This document shows positions 27,742 through 37,715 of a stretch of DNA of 64,000 nt, in pieces (positions within the stretch are counted from its first letter, which is position 1; each line of letters starts with the position of its first letter). The notes below the pieces were generated by a model. The model was not told the DNA's origin. It did not search any database and was given only the letters and a program-made list of their open reading frames with translations. The stretch spans positions 17,017 to 81,016 of the forward strand of contig CALIKS010000015.1 in the NCBI GenBank assembly GCA_938017985.1, written 5' to 3'. This stretch comes from an uncultured archaeon (lineage in GTDB: Archaea > Thermoproteota > Nitrososphaeria_A > Caldarchaeales > Calditenuaceae). A program made the translations under genes and the position numbers.

Positions 27742-28788
27742 TTACTTCTCAACTTCACCATCTAGTTTTAACCTGCTTACTTTGTCTGGACTCACTAGAA
27801 TAAAAGCGACAAGTGTGGTCTCAACGTTGCCCCTAGGAGGAAGGGTTACATGCGTCTTTCTCTCGATCTGAGCTGGAAGCCCGCCTGGATAACTCGTACA
27901 GGGCTCCAATGCAATGTTCCATGCAGTACCGTACCATGGATAGTCAGGCGGGTTATAGTTCTGCCAGAACCACAGGTATCGGTAAATCTGTACGTCCCAT
28001 GCGAGCCCAAATCCTAAATTAATTCGTGGATTAGACAGGACGTACCATCCCTCCCTCATGTTTGAGATGAAAGAGGTCTCATCAGCTACTATGTCTCTTG
28101 ACGGAATTACGCTGAGGTCGACTGGCTTGCCTTCCTTATCGACTAAAATAGGCCATTCATAGATTCCTGGGCTCAACCTACCATATGGCTCTCCCTCTTC
28201 GACTATCACTTTTGCCGGAATTGGTATTCGGACTCTACATCCCGGCTCTAGGAATGGTTCACTGAAAGATGGATGCTGCAGCCATGAATATTCTAGTGTT
28301 TGCTTGCTTGTATTGGTTAATCGTTCTTTTATGTAAATCTTCTCCTCATCCCTCCTTAAGCTAATCCACTTGTCGAGCCTAAATGGATATCTAACTCCCT
28401 CAACCCAGAGGTGGGCAGACACCTCATCCCCGCTCTCACTTATGACCTCGCAGCTCCATGGAAGCATCGATGACTCGCCATGTATACCAAGCTCTGCTCC
28501 TCTATGATTGACGTTTCTTCCTCCGGCTGACGGAACAATATCTTGCCATCCTCCACCATAGTAGTCAAGAAAGCCGCCAGTAGTGTTGGGATTTGGAAAT
28601 GTCTCTGTCTTTGGGTTCCTCCAGCCGAGCGGTGAATGCCACATAAAATCTATATCCATCGGCTTATACCTCAGCTCTATTATGTCGCTCCCTTTATCCA
28701 ACAGTATGACAAGCCTAATTAGTGAGTTCTCAACGATTAGAGTCCTCATATCTCGATACTTCCAATCAGTAGATATTCGACAGACCAT
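27742..28788 (-). CDS. galactose-mutarotase-like (aldose 1-epimerase fold, DUF4432-like) protein
   Basis: 348 aa and beta-rich. GGGWQDIVPSAGG...HRGAELGIHGESS resembles the mutarotase-fold His/Glu region. Recognition is moderate. Confidence 0.45.
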   Translation of the reverse strand: MVCRISTDWKYRDMRTLIVENSLIRLVILLDKGSDIIELRYKPMDIDFMWHSPLGWRNPKTETFPNPNTTGGFLDYYGGGWQDIVPSAGGRNVNHRGAELGIHGESSMLPWSCEVISESGDEVSAHLWVEGVRYPFRLDKWISLRRDEEKIYIKERLTNTSKQTLEYSWLQHPSFSEPFLEPGCRVRIPIPAKVIVEEGEPYGRLSPGIYEWPILVDKEGKPVDLSVIPSRDIVADETSFISNMREGWYVLSNPRINLGFGLAWDVQIYRYLWFWQNYNPPDYPWYGTAWNIALEPCTSYPGGLPAQIERKTHVTLPPRGNVETTLVAFILVSPDKVSRLKLDGEVEK

Positions 28789-28863
28789 GCCAAAAATCTG
28801 TCCAAAAACTTATTTAAAATTTTCTGACAAAATAAAATAGTGATAACGTCCTAGATAAGTCAA

Positions 28864-28873
28864 CTATTTAAAA
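28864..28873 (+). promoter_or_regulatory. TATA-like box upstream of top6A
   Basis: CTATTTAAAA lies 15-24 nt before ATG 28888 and about 28 nt before the second in-frame ATG at 28897. This suggests a leaderless transcript. Confidence 0.4.
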
Positions 28874-28887
28874 TTCCAATCTCCATA

Positions 28888-30012
28888 ATGTATGTAATGG
28901 ACAAGACAAAAAAAGAAAAGACAGCAAGAATGGAGTTTGACTTAGCTGCAAGTAGAGAGATCGTACTGAATAAGCTTAAGCAACTCGGAGGCCGCATAGT
29001 CGAGCAGCTTAAACTTAATGAGCTACCTGAGATAAAGCTTCCGGCTCGTAGCACTTCAAACATTGTTTATGACGCAGATTTAAGACAATACGTTTTGGGA
29101 CCAAAATTAGTGACGAGGACTGCTAGAAACATCAAGCATCTAAGACCACTATCTCAACTATTATGGATGGCCCTGTTCTCAAAACAACTAGTAGAGAGGA
29201 AAAAGACATCAACTCTTAGGGATGCATTCTACAATGCAATTGGATTTGGAATCGATTTTGAAGACCAAAACGAGAGCGACAACATAGTAACTGAGCTGGA
29301 ATCCCTACTCGGAGTAATTAGAGAAGACTTCAACATATATCCTGAAGAGCGCTCAAGCGTATTCGGCCCGTTAGTTGTTCAGTACAACGTACCAGGATAT
29401 GAGGGAAGCAGATTAGATTTAACGACAATTCCAGACGGCGCCATGATTGGACCAGCAATGGCAACGGCGAAATTCATTAAATGTGAAGCCAAGCAAGTAT
29501 TCGTAGTAGAGAAAGGCGCAGTTTATCAGCGCTTCTTAGAGGAGGGTGTAAGCAAGACATTTAAGGCAATCATTGTCCACACAGCTGGGCAGGCACCCAG
29601 AGCGACGCGAAGATTCATTAGACGATTAAACAACGAATTAAAACTACCAGTATACATCTTCACTGATGCTGACCCCTGGGGCGTACACATAGCAAATGTA
29701 TTGATTTACGGGTCGGCACTGGCGGCGCATGTCAAGGAACTCACAACTCCTGATGCTTACTGGGCTGGACTATGGGCAACAGACATTTCTAAATATAAAC
29801 TCCCCGCCATGAGGCTCAATGATGAAGATACAAGAAGAATAGCGGAGCTGGAAAAAGACCCTCGTTATTCAACGGACCCATGGAAACGTGAAATATCATA
29901 CTTTAGAAAGATTCAGAGAAAAGCTGAGCTCGAGGCTCTAAGCAGGTATAGTCTAGAATACATCGTCACTAATTATCTACCTGAAAAACTAGAAGAAATA
30001 AAGAAGAGCTAG
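28888..30012 (+). CDS. top6A: DNA topoisomerase VI subunit A (Spo11 homolog)
   Basis: 374 aa. The catalytic Tyr context is STLRDAFYNA. Toprim motifs are FVVEKGAVYQRF and IFTDADPWGVHIANVLIYGS. Confidence 0.92.
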   Translation: MYVMDKTKKEKTARMEFDLAASREIVLNKLKQLGGRIVEQLKLNELPEIKLPARSTSNIVYDADLRQYVLGPKLVTRTARNIKHLRPLSQLLWMALFSKQLVERKKTSTLRDAFYNAIGFGIDFEDQNESDNIVTELESLLGVIREDFNIYPEERSSVFGPLVVQYNVPGYEGSRLDLTTIPDGAMIGPAMATAKFIKCEAKQVFVVEKGAVYQRFLEEGVSKTFKAIIVHTAGQAPRATRRFIRRLNNELKLPVYIFTDADPWGVHIANVLIYGSALAAHVKELTTPDAYWAGLWATDISKYKLPAMRLNDEDTRRIAELEKDPRYSTDPWKREISYFRKIQRKAELEALSRYSLEYIVTNYLPEKLEEIKKS

Positions 30013-30046
30013 ATTGAATGATGACTGTTTTTAATCAGCTATAAAG

Positions 30047-30799
30047 TCAGAAATGCGGATGCCTGTGGAGCCATGCGGGTGGCACCCATGGATTCTTTAG
30101 ATTATTTATCGCTATGTCTAAATGTCTCTGTCCATCTCTAAGAACAAATAAATAATGTCCTGGAAAGAGTTTCTCCACTCCTAGTCCAGATAGCTTACCA
30201 ATATTTTTGCGATACTCAGACAATTCACATCCATCCCAGTTACCTAGACCAATAGTGCCTCCGTGAAAAACAACGTCACTGGAAAAGAGGATTCTTTCAT
30301 TCCTTAAGTATACACAAACTATTCCCTGAGAATGTCCAGGAACTTGAATGAACTTAAAAACTTTATCACCCATCTTTAGTTCCTCACCATCACTCACAAC
30401 TTTGTCAGGCTTACAGTGAGTATATTTATAATCAGGGGGATAAATCGGTCCGCGAGCCATATCTAGGCCAAGCTCCTTGTCCGTACCACTACTCAGCATC
30501 TCAGCTTCCTTCGTAGGAACTATTATCTCTATCTGGAAATTTTCTTGAAAATACCTAGCACCGCAGGCATGATCTGAGTGGGAGTGCGTTACTATAAGAT
30601 ACTTTATCTTATCGATAGGTATTGCATCAGACTTAATGTTATTCACTATCTGGGCATTGTCAAGACCAACGCCGCTATCTATCAATACGTATGAACCTCC
30701 ACAATCTACAACGTATATGCAGCAATCAAGGTCATGAGAAAGTCCTCGGCCACCATCCCCAACTAAATATACATCCCTCGTTATTCTCATAGATATCAC
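30047..30799 (-). CDS. MBL-fold metallo-hydrolase
   Basis: 250 aa with the HxHxDH motif in VTHSHSDHACG and a later GHS/H pattern. Confidence 0.85.
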   Translation of the reverse strand: MISMRITRDVYLVGDGGRGLSHDLDCCIYVVDCGGSYVLIDSGVGLDNAQIVNNIKSDAIPIDKIKYLIVTHSHSDHACGARYFQENFQIEIIVPTKEAEMLSSGTDKELGLDMARGPIYPPDYKYTHCKPDKVVSDGEELKMGDKVFKFIQVPGHSQGIVCVYLRNERILFSSDVVFHGGTIGLGNWDGCELSEYRKNIGKLSGLGVEKLFPGHYLFVLRDGQRHLDIAINNLKNPWVPPAWLHRHPHF

Positions 30800-30940
30800 T
30801 TATAATCAGACACGAGATGCAGAAAAACCTTACTCAAAAATTACAGAATGCGTAGCATTATCGTTCCCTCATAATGTGTGTTTTCAGTTTAATATTTTAG
30901 AATAAAAAATTTATTAATTAGATACTAAATTTTGGTAAAC

Positions 30941-31642
30941 ATGAATGATTTGTATCAGAAGTTAAAGCTTGTCGAGAGATTAAAGAATCTCTATGTCGCG
31001 TTGGTCTCTGATACTCTCGACCTCGAATATGGCGGGCTTGACTATAACAAGTATCTGATGAGTCCTGACATTAGGCCGGCACTTCCAGAAATGAGGGTAG
31101 CAGGAATTGCGCATACATTAAAAGGCATGCCGACCACTAAGAGGGAGCCTCCACTACCGCTTGAAGAACTAAAGAAGGCGAAATGGGTCAACGCATTAGA
31201 GAGCGTTAAACCTGGACACGTAATAGTCTATGACACATGTAATTGTAGGACAGCTGCATGTTGGGGTGAGCTAATTAGTAATGCAGTAGTTGCCAGAGGA
31301 GCTGTTGGCGCAGTAGTTGATGGCTTTGTTAGGGATATTAATAGATTATTGTGGATTAAGCCCCTATTTCCCGTATTCGCCACCGGTTTTACGGCCGCAG
31401 ATAGTTACGGTAGATTTGACCTCATAGATTATAATGTTACTATTAAGTGTGGAGGCGTCATAGTTAGGCCTGGAGATTTCATTCTAGGCGATTTTGACGG
31501 AGTAATAGTTATTCCACAAGAGATAGCCGAGGACGTCATAGCTAAGGCAGAGGAACGCTCAAAAAAAGAGGATGCAGTAAGAGAAGCATTCCGGAGAGGA
31601 GAACCAATAGCAGAAGTAGTGTATAAATATGGAGTAGGATAA
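30941..31642 (+). CDS. RraA-family protein (4-hydroxy-4-methyl-2-oxoglutarate aldolase / oxaloacetate decarboxylase-like)
   Basis: ORF track start 30932 is TTG; I prefer ATG 30941. ALVSDTLD, WGELISNAVVARGAVGAVVDGFVRD and GDFDGVIVIP are RraA/HMG-aldolase family motifs. Confidence 0.78.
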   Translation: MNDLYQKLKLVERLKNLYVALVSDTLDLEYGGLDYNKYLMSPDIRPALPEMRVAGIAHTLKGMPTTKREPPLPLEELKKAKWVNALESVKPGHVIVYDTCNCRTAACWGELISNAVVARGAVGAVVDGFVRDINRLLWIKPLFPVFATGFTAADSYGRFDLIDYNVTIKCGGVIVRPGDFILGDFDGVIVIPQEIAEDVIAKAEERSKKEDAVREAFRRGEPIAEVVYKYGVG

Positions 31643-31652
31643 AAAATAGACA

Positions 31653-32120
31653 TTATTTCTGTTCTAATCTAATGATTTTCGGCCCTTCTCTTCTTATTTT
31701 TCTGCATATCTCAGCAAACTTTGACAACTCTGAAGAAGATGAGATTCTTCCGAATAAATTTGCAGCCGTCTCGTGATGCGATATATCCCTTAATCTTGTG
31801 TACCTGTCGTAAATGAATACTATTTCGTCAATTTCTGGATTGTCTCTTAGATATTTTGCGTTGCCCCAATGACTGTGCCAATATAATACATCGCCAGGAA
31901 CGACGTGATAGACCCAGTTCTCTGGCTCAAGTCTTAGCATGTTTTTCTCTGAGAGTTCTATTAATACTTCGTTTCCGGACAGCATTGCATGATACAATCT
32001 TGCCTCGAGCGGCAAGATTTTTTGAATAGCAATGCATGTTTTAGGCGCTTCTGTCTCAAGTAGATCCACGTACATCTCGAATTCTTCGTCAGGTATAATA
32101 ACCTTAATCTTACTATTCAT
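31653..32120 (-). CDS. hypothetical protein (possibly a cyclophilin-like fold, DUF3830-like)
   Basis: 155-aa ORF. The N-terminal pattern VDLLETEAPKTCIAIQKILPLEARLYHAMLSGNEV is reminiscent of DUF3830. Confidence in the fold is low. Confidence 0.45.
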   Translation of the reverse strand: MNSKIKVIIPDEEFEMYVDLLETEAPKTCIAIQKILPLEARLYHAMLSGNEVLIELSEKNMLRLEPENWVYHVVPGDVLYWHSHWGNAKYLRDNPEIDEIVFIYDRYTRLRDISHHETAANLFGRISSSSELSKFAEICRKIRREGPKIIRLEQK

Positions 32121-32167
32121 GGCAGAATTAACTCGTTAAGTTTATTTAAGCCTTTTAATTTATTTGT

Positions 32168-33043
32168 GTGTTTTCTTGTGGTTTATTGAACTTTAAATCT
32201 TATGATGTGTATCTTCAGTTTAGAAGGATGGCTATTAGGCTGATTGATGGTTCGCCGGGCCTGATTATAGATGAGGGAGGAAAGAGATATCTTGTCCTCT
32301 CAGACCTACATATCGGTTTAGAAGACGAGGTTAGCGAGATAGGAATACATCTACCATCAATGCTCTCAGTATTGCTAAGCAGTGTCAATGACTTGATTGA
32401 CAAGTATAGTCCGAGTGTTTTAGTTCTTCTCGGCGATGTGAAGCATAGAGTAGCTGGAGTAAGCTGGAGAGAAGCTAAGAAGGTGAAGGAGTTCGTCGAG
32501 ACAGTCAGGCCGAGGATAGATGAGATAATAATTGCTCCGGGAAATCATGATGTTGGTATTTATTCTTTGACGGAGGGTGCAGCCTCAGTCGTCTCGAGTA
32601 GAGGGTTCAGTATTGGTGATAAGTGGCTGCTTCATGGACATACCTGGCCTCATCCTGATGCTCTTTTAAAAAAAATGATAATTATTGGACATACGCATCC
32701 CATATTGAGAATGATTGAGGATGGTGCTTCCATAAAGCAGCGAGTCTATTTACTATTAAAAACACGTAGGTCGAGTCTATATAAAGCGTTGATGACTAGG
32801 CCTGGTTATAGTAAATTACTGGAGAATTATAATAAAAGAGGAATAATAAAACTTCTTGTGATGCCTCATTTTAACCCTGCTTCTGGTGGTGTTGACGTCA
32901 AACATCTCTTCGGAAATAAATTAGGTAGTCCATTGTTAAGAACAAATGTCTTCCCCATAAATGATGCATATGTGCTTTCACTGGGAGGAGTTATTATCAA
33001 TAGCGTAGAGGAAATCGTAGCTAAAAATAGTGAGGCGTCTTGA
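32168..33043 (+). CDS. binuclear metallophosphoesterase, PdeM/MPE-like (SbcD/Mre11-related)
   Basis: Calcineurin-fold motifs occur in order: LVLSDLHIG, LGDVKH, GNHD, HGH and GHTHP. The track start 32168 is a non-ATG codon; the in-frame ATG at 32228 (MAIRLIDG...) is an equally plausible start. Confidence 0.8.
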   Translation: MFSCGLLNFKSYDVYLQFRRMAIRLIDGSPGLIIDEGGKRYLVLSDLHIGLEDEVSEIGIHLPSMLSVLLSSVNDLIDKYSPSVLVLLGDVKHRVAGVSWREAKKVKEFVETVRPRIDEIIIAPGNHDVGIYSLTEGAASVVSSRGFSIGDKWLLHGHTWPHPDALLKKMIIIGHTHPILRMIEDGASIKQRVYLLLKTRRSSLYKALMTRPGYSKLLENYNKRGIIKLLVMPHFNPASGGVDVKHLFGNKLGSPLLRTNVFPINDAYVLSLGGVIINSVEEIVAKNSEAS

Positions 33044-33345
33044 AGATTCGCGAGTCTAGGAGTGTTGAAGAAATAGTTAGGGAGGGGCATGTAAAGAAAT
33101 ATGTGTTTAAGCCGAGTGGAAGAGTAAGGTGGATCGTTGTTGGTAGGCATAGGGACTATATCGTCTTGATAAATGTACCTTATTGTACCTGTGATGATTA
33201 TTTCTTCAGGGTTATTCATGGCTCGAAACCTACTTGTTATCACATCGAGGCTGTTAATCTAGCGATAAAGACAAACAATTATGAAACGATAGAGGAGAGT
33301 GATGAGTGGTATGACAGGCTCATGGATGAATGGACAAATTTCTAG
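33040..33345 (+). CDS. small SWIM zinc-finger protein
   Basis: 101 aa. YCTCDDYFFRVIHGSKPTCYH fits the SWIM pattern CxCx(14)CxH. The start overlaps the phosphoesterase stop by 4 nt. Confidence 0.7.
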   Translation: MKIRESRSVEEIVREGHVKKYVFKPSGRVRWIVVGRHRDYIVLINVPYCTCDDYFFRVIHGSKPTCYHIEAVNLAIKTNNYETIEESDEWYDRLMDEWTNF

Positions 33346-33415
33346 GATTAAAGATTAGGGGTGTCCCAATTAGGTTTAAGTCTTTATATGGGTCATCCAA
33401 TAAAATTATTTATAA

Positions 33416-34555
33416 ATGATCGAGAGAAGAGAAATAATTCGCGTCTTAGAGGGATACTCGCAGGATGCTCTGGCTATCTGTGTTTTGGGCAGTCATTCGG
33501 CCCTAGAGATATGTAGAGGTGCAAAGGATAAAGGTTTTAAGACGATAACTATCTGTCAGAAAGGAAGAGAGAAGACATATTCTAAGTATTATAAATTGAG
33601 GAAGAGGTTTGGGAGAGATGCTGGATGCATTGATAGGGTGATGATACTCGAAAAGTTTAGTGATATGTTGAATCAGGATGTTCAGGAAGAGCTTAGGTCA
33701 AATAATGCAATCATTATTCCTCACAGATCTCTCTGTGTATATCTTGGATATGAGCGTATTGAGAATGAGTTAAAGGTGCCGCTCTTTGGGAATAGGTATC
33801 TCTTAAAGATAGAGGAGAGGAATGTCGAGAGAAATCAATACTACCTATTGGAGAAGGCCGGTATTCCGCATCCAAGAATTATACATGACCCATCTGAGAT
33901 TGATAGACCAGTCATGGTTAAAGCTCCAGAGGCGGCGAGGGGATTTGAGAGAGCCTTCTTCATTGCTTCGTCAGAAGATGAGTATTATCGCAAAGCCGAC
34001 GAGATGGTGAGACGGGGATTAATAACTCGAGAGAGCCTCGAAAAATCAGTTATTGAAGAGCTCGTTATAGGTGCGCCATTCAATTTTAACTTCTTTTACT
34101 CCCCGCTCGACGCTGAAGTAGAGCTGCTTGGAATAGATACTAGGAGGCAGACCAATCTTGATGGCTTAATGAGGCTGCCTTCTCCAATACAGAGCGAGGT
34201 TCTTAGACATGTTGAGTCCAGAAACATAGAAGTTGGACACATTGCCTGTACTGTTAGAGAGTCTCTACTCGAGAGGGCTTTTGAGCTTGCTGAAAAATTC
34301 CATAGAATAACTCTGCATGAGTATCCTCCAGGAATCATCGGGCCCTTTGCCCTCCAAGCAATGATTGTTCCTGGCCCTCCTCACGAGGAGATTGTCGTGT
34401 ACGATGTTAGTGTGAGGGTTCCTGGCTCTCCTGGAACAAAGTATACACCTTACTGCGAGTATCTTTGGGGCGAGTCTATAAGTGTCGGTAAAAGGATAGC
34501 TATTGAAATACGTGAAGCGGTTGCTCAGGATAGACTAAGCGAACTCATTACATAA
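33416..34555 (+). CDS. purP: 5-formaminoimidazole-4-carboxamide ribonucleotide (FAICAR) synthetase
   Basis: 379 aa. The N-terminus ICVLGSHSALEICRGAKDKGFKT and the ATP-grasp C-half are typical of archaeal PurP. Confidence 0.85.
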   Translation: MIERREIIRVLEGYSQDALAICVLGSHSALEICRGAKDKGFKTITICQKGREKTYSKYYKLRKRFGRDAGCIDRVMILEKFSDMLNQDVQEELRSNNAIIIPHRSLCVYLGYERIENELKVPLFGNRYLLKIEERNVERNQYYLLEKAGIPHPRIIHDPSEIDRPVMVKAPEAARGFERAFFIASSEDEYYRKADEMVRRGLITRESLEKSVIEELVIGAPFNFNFFYSPLDAEVELLGIDTRRQTNLDGLMRLPSPIQSEVLRHVESRNIEVGHIACTVRESLLERAFELAEKFHRITLHEYPPGIIGPFALQAMIVPGPPHEEIVVYDVSVRVPGSPGTKYTPYCEYLWGESISVGKRIAIEIREAVAQDRLSELIT

Positions 34556-34643
34556 TTAGACAACGAGAGAACTACTCATAAATTGGGGACTAAACGTTTT
34601 TAATGTTTAAATCCTAAGCGATTCGTATTTCTTCGAAATTAAG

Positions 34644-34922
34644 ATGAGCGATGAGCCTGAGGTGGAGATAGATTTCATCGTTGTAGGTTTTGATGAGAAG
34701 AATAGAATTGTAGCTTCTCCTACATCTACACTCGGCTCGGTAAAGCTTACAAGTCTTAAGGATCTTGAGGCAAGGTACGAAGACTTTAACGGTAACGTCT
34801 GGACTGGAAGTATAGTCGAGGTCTCAGAAGATGCCATAATAATTGAGTTTGAGAAGTTTGGTCTTGGAGAAGGCCCACCGGGCCTCGGCCTTGGAAGCTT
34901 AATAAGGGTTACTAGAACCTAA
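34644..34922 (+). CDS. hypothetical protein
   Basis: 92-aa ORF with an acidic N-terminus. I recognise no motif. Confidence 0.45.
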   Translation: MSDEPEVEIDFIVVGFDEKNRIVASPTSTLGSVKLTSLKDLEARYEDFNGNVWTGSIVEVSEDAIIIEFEKFGLGEGPPGLGLGSLIRVTRT

Positions 34923-34967
34923 ACGTTCCTATTAATTTAACCAAGTAGTAAATATAATTGAGTTAGT

Positions 34968-36398
34968 ATGAATGATAATGGCTATAGATTAGAGAGAGAC
35001 GCTCTTGGTGAAGTGAAAGTTCCTATAGACGCTTATTATGGCGCTGAGACGAGTAGGGCCATCGAGAATTTCAGAATATCTGGAATTAGATTTCCAAGAG
35101 CCTTCATCAGGGCCCTTGCCTTGATAAAGGCTGGCGCCTCCCTCGCCAATATGAGCCTTGGACTGCTGGACAGAAAGATAGGTGAAGCAATTTACAGGGC
35201 TTCGATGGAGGTGGCTGAGGGAAAGATGGATGAGCATTTTCCAATTGATGTGATTCAGACGGGCTCAGGCACCTCGATTAACATGAATATGAATGAAGTC
35301 GTTGCGTATAGGGCCACCGAGCTGCTGGGCGGGAGGAGAGGCGACAAGTCTCTGATTCATCCAAACGACCATGTAAACATGGGCCAGTCTTCTAATGATG
35401 TGATTCCAACCGCTATAAGAGTCGCCGCGGCCGAGGAAATACATAGAAGACTTATTCCGTCACTAGAAAAATTAGTAAGTATACTTGAATCGAAGTCCGA
35501 GGAACTCGGCGAGGTTGTTAAGAGTGGTCGTACCCATTTGCGAGATGCAGTGCCCATAACTCTTGGACAAGAGTTCAGCGGATATGCCGAGATGATTAGA
35601 AAAGATTTGTCAGGCATCGTAAATGCCTCGGAAGAGCTGCTTGAATTGCCTATAGGTGGGACAGCCATAGGAACCGGGCTGAACACGCATCCGGATTTCG
35701 GAAAAAAAGTCGCTGAATACTTAGCTAACTGGACAGGACTAGGCTTCAGAGTTGCTAGAAATAGATTTGCCGCTATCGGTAGTCAGGACTCAATCCTTAG
35801 TGTAAGCGCATCGCTGAGGAGAATCGCAGTCAGTCTACTTAAGATTTGTAATGATCTTCGACTCCTATCCTCAGGCCCCAATACTGGACTTAACGAGATT
35901 GAGATCCCGCCAGCTCAGCCAGGATCTTCAATCATGCCTGGAAAGGTTAATCCGGTCATCCTTGAAGCAACTATGCTTGCGTCATGTCTAGTTATAGGCA
36001 ATGATGTGGCAATAGTGGAGGCCTCTAGAATCGGTGAGCTGGAGCTAAACCTCGGCAACCCGCTTATTGCATACTTGCTACTGCAATCAATCGATGTGTT
36101 ATCAAACGCGATTAATATTATGTGCGAGAAGACACTCTTAGGAATTAAGGCAAATTTTGAGAGATGTAAACAATACGCCGAGGCTAGCACTGCACTAATC
36201 ACTGTTGTTGCTCCCCTGATTGGTCATGACAAGGCGGCAGAGCTTCTCTCAAGAGCCTTAATGGAAAAGAGACCAATCAAGGAGCTATTGTTAGAGATGG
36301 GCTATTTAGATGAGGAACTAATCAAGAAGATTTTTGATGTACTCAAAATGACGAGAGGAGGCCTAATTGTTCGTGAAGCACTCAGGGGAGAAGGATAG
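34968..36398 (+). CDS. class II fumarase/aspartase-family lyase (fumarate hydratase or aspartate ammonia-lyase)
   Basis: 476 aa. It has the signature GSSIMPGKVNP, QTGSGTSINMNMNEV and SSNDVIPTA. The N-terminus (AYYGAETSRAIENFRISG) looks aspartase-like, but the internal motifs look FumC-like. I cannot discriminate between the two. Confidence 0.88.
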   Translation: MNDNGYRLERDALGEVKVPIDAYYGAETSRAIENFRISGIRFPRAFIRALALIKAGASLANMSLGLLDRKIGEAIYRASMEVAEGKMDEHFPIDVIQTGSGTSINMNMNEVVAYRATELLGGRRGDKSLIHPNDHVNMGQSSNDVIPTAIRVAAAEEIHRRLIPSLEKLVSILESKSEELGEVVKSGRTHLRDAVPITLGQEFSGYAEMIRKDLSGIVNASEELLELPIGGTAIGTGLNTHPDFGKKVAEYLANWTGLGFRVARNRFAAIGSQDSILSVSASLRRIAVSLLKICNDLRLLSSGPNTGLNEIEIPPAQPGSSIMPGKVNPVILEATMLASCLVIGNDVAIVEASRIGELELNLGNPLIAYLLLQSIDVLSNAINIMCEKTLLGIKANFERCKQYAEASTALITVVAPLIGHDKAAELLSRALMEKRPIKELLLEMGYLDEELIKKIFDVLKMTRGGLIVREALRGEG

Positions 36399-37599
36399 GC
36401 ATAGGTTCGACTCCTCCTAGCTCTTTTATTTTCTCAAGATACTCGAGGACTCGACTCCTAGTTTCTCTTGGGCTGGGAATCTCTGCTACGAGTTCTCCCT
36501 GCCTGATTAATAGGTTGAGGAGTGGTCTCACAGGCCCCCTGCATCTTGGACACTTATCAATAGATTTGTTTCTCGGCGTAATTGTGTCATGTAGGTTTTG
36601 ACATCTATAGACCTGTTTCGCTCCAGGTAGCTTTCCCCTCTTCGAGAATGGTCTATCATCGACTTCCACTATATCGAGTGCAAGGTCTATCGATCTTGGA
36701 AAGGCAATCGAGGTGCCGACTCCGAAGCCATCAGCAACGTCGTGAAGCTCGACGACGTCCTCCTCGTCGATGCCGCCGCTTATCAGTATCTTGACATGTC
36801 TGTATCCATTCATGTCTAGTACCCATCTCACCTCCTGCGCTATCTGTCTCATGTTTCCCCTCCTAGAGCCTGGGGTATCGAGCCTAACGCCTTGGAGATG
36901 TTCCTTAAGCGTCTCGGCGGCCATCAGTGATTCCGCTCTCTCGTCTAGAAGTGTATCGCATAGCGCTATTCTCGGGACGTCTCTGGGCATGACTTCATCG
37001 AAGGCCCTCCAAGCCTCCTTCTGGTCTCCTACTACTATTATTAATGCGTGTGGCATTGTGCCGATTGGCTTCTCGCCGAGCAGCGATGCTCCTAGGACTC
37101 CGGAGACTCCGTCGCACCCGCCTATGAATGCGGCTCTGTCGATGAATGGGGTTATTGCTGGGTGTACGCATCTTATCCCGAAGAATATCAATGACTTGTC
37201 GAGGCAGTGAAGCTTTATTCTGGCGGCCTTTGTGGCCACGCTTGTCCCATGCCTCAGAATTCCGAGGAGCGCTGACTCGAATATTCCGAATTCTAGGTAT
37301 GGCCCTTTTATCTCCATCACTGGCTCGTATATCCTGAAGATTTCTCCCTCATTCATCGAGTATACATCGATTTTTTTATCCTCGAGAAGCTTAGCTACTT
37401 CTTCGACTCCTGTCAGAACTGCCCAGGAATATCCGTCTGGAAAGCCATAAGAATGGATGTCTGCAGTGACTATTCTTTGCGTTGCTCCAATCTTGCTTAG
37501 AATTTCCCTGGTCCTCTGGAAGTAAACGTCAGTCACGTCTCCTCTAAGTATTGACTCGATTGTCGCTATGTAGAATCTCGGCCTATTCTTGGCGCTCAT
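36382..37599 (-). CDS. pncB: nicotinate phosphoribosyltransferase (archaeal type)
   Basis: 405 aa. The type II PRTase barrel pattern includes VTDVYFQRT, GTMPHALII, VRLDTPGSRRG and ISGGID. The C-terminal Cys pair CPRCRG is typical of the archaeal form. Confidence 0.8.
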   Translation of the reverse strand: MSAKNRPRFYIATIESILRGDVTDVYFQRTREILSKIGATQRIVTADIHSYGFPDGYSWAVLTGVEEVAKLLEDKKIDVYSMNEGEIFRIYEPVMEIKGPYLEFGIFESALLGILRHGTSVATKAARIKLHCLDKSLIFFGIRCVHPAITPFIDRAAFIGGCDGVSGVLGASLLGEKPIGTMPHALIIVVGDQKEAWRAFDEVMPRDVPRIALCDTLLDERAESLMAAETLKEHLQGVRLDTPGSRRGNMRQIAQEVRWVLDMNGYRHVKILISGGIDEEDVVELHDVADGFGVGTSIAFPRSIDLALDIVEVDDRPFSKRGKLPGAKQVYRCQNLHDTITPRNKSIDKCPRCRGPVRPLLNLLIRQGELVAEIPSPRETRSRVLEYLEKIKELGGVEPMPILLP

Positions 37600-37715
37600 T
37601 TTGATTCTAAAACAATAATACCAATAAAAAAGTCTTATCCCCGATTTATTCAGATGAGATTTTGAGGACTATTTTTCTGCAAGCTATATATCTGAGGGAA
37701 TAGTGAAGTTTTTAG

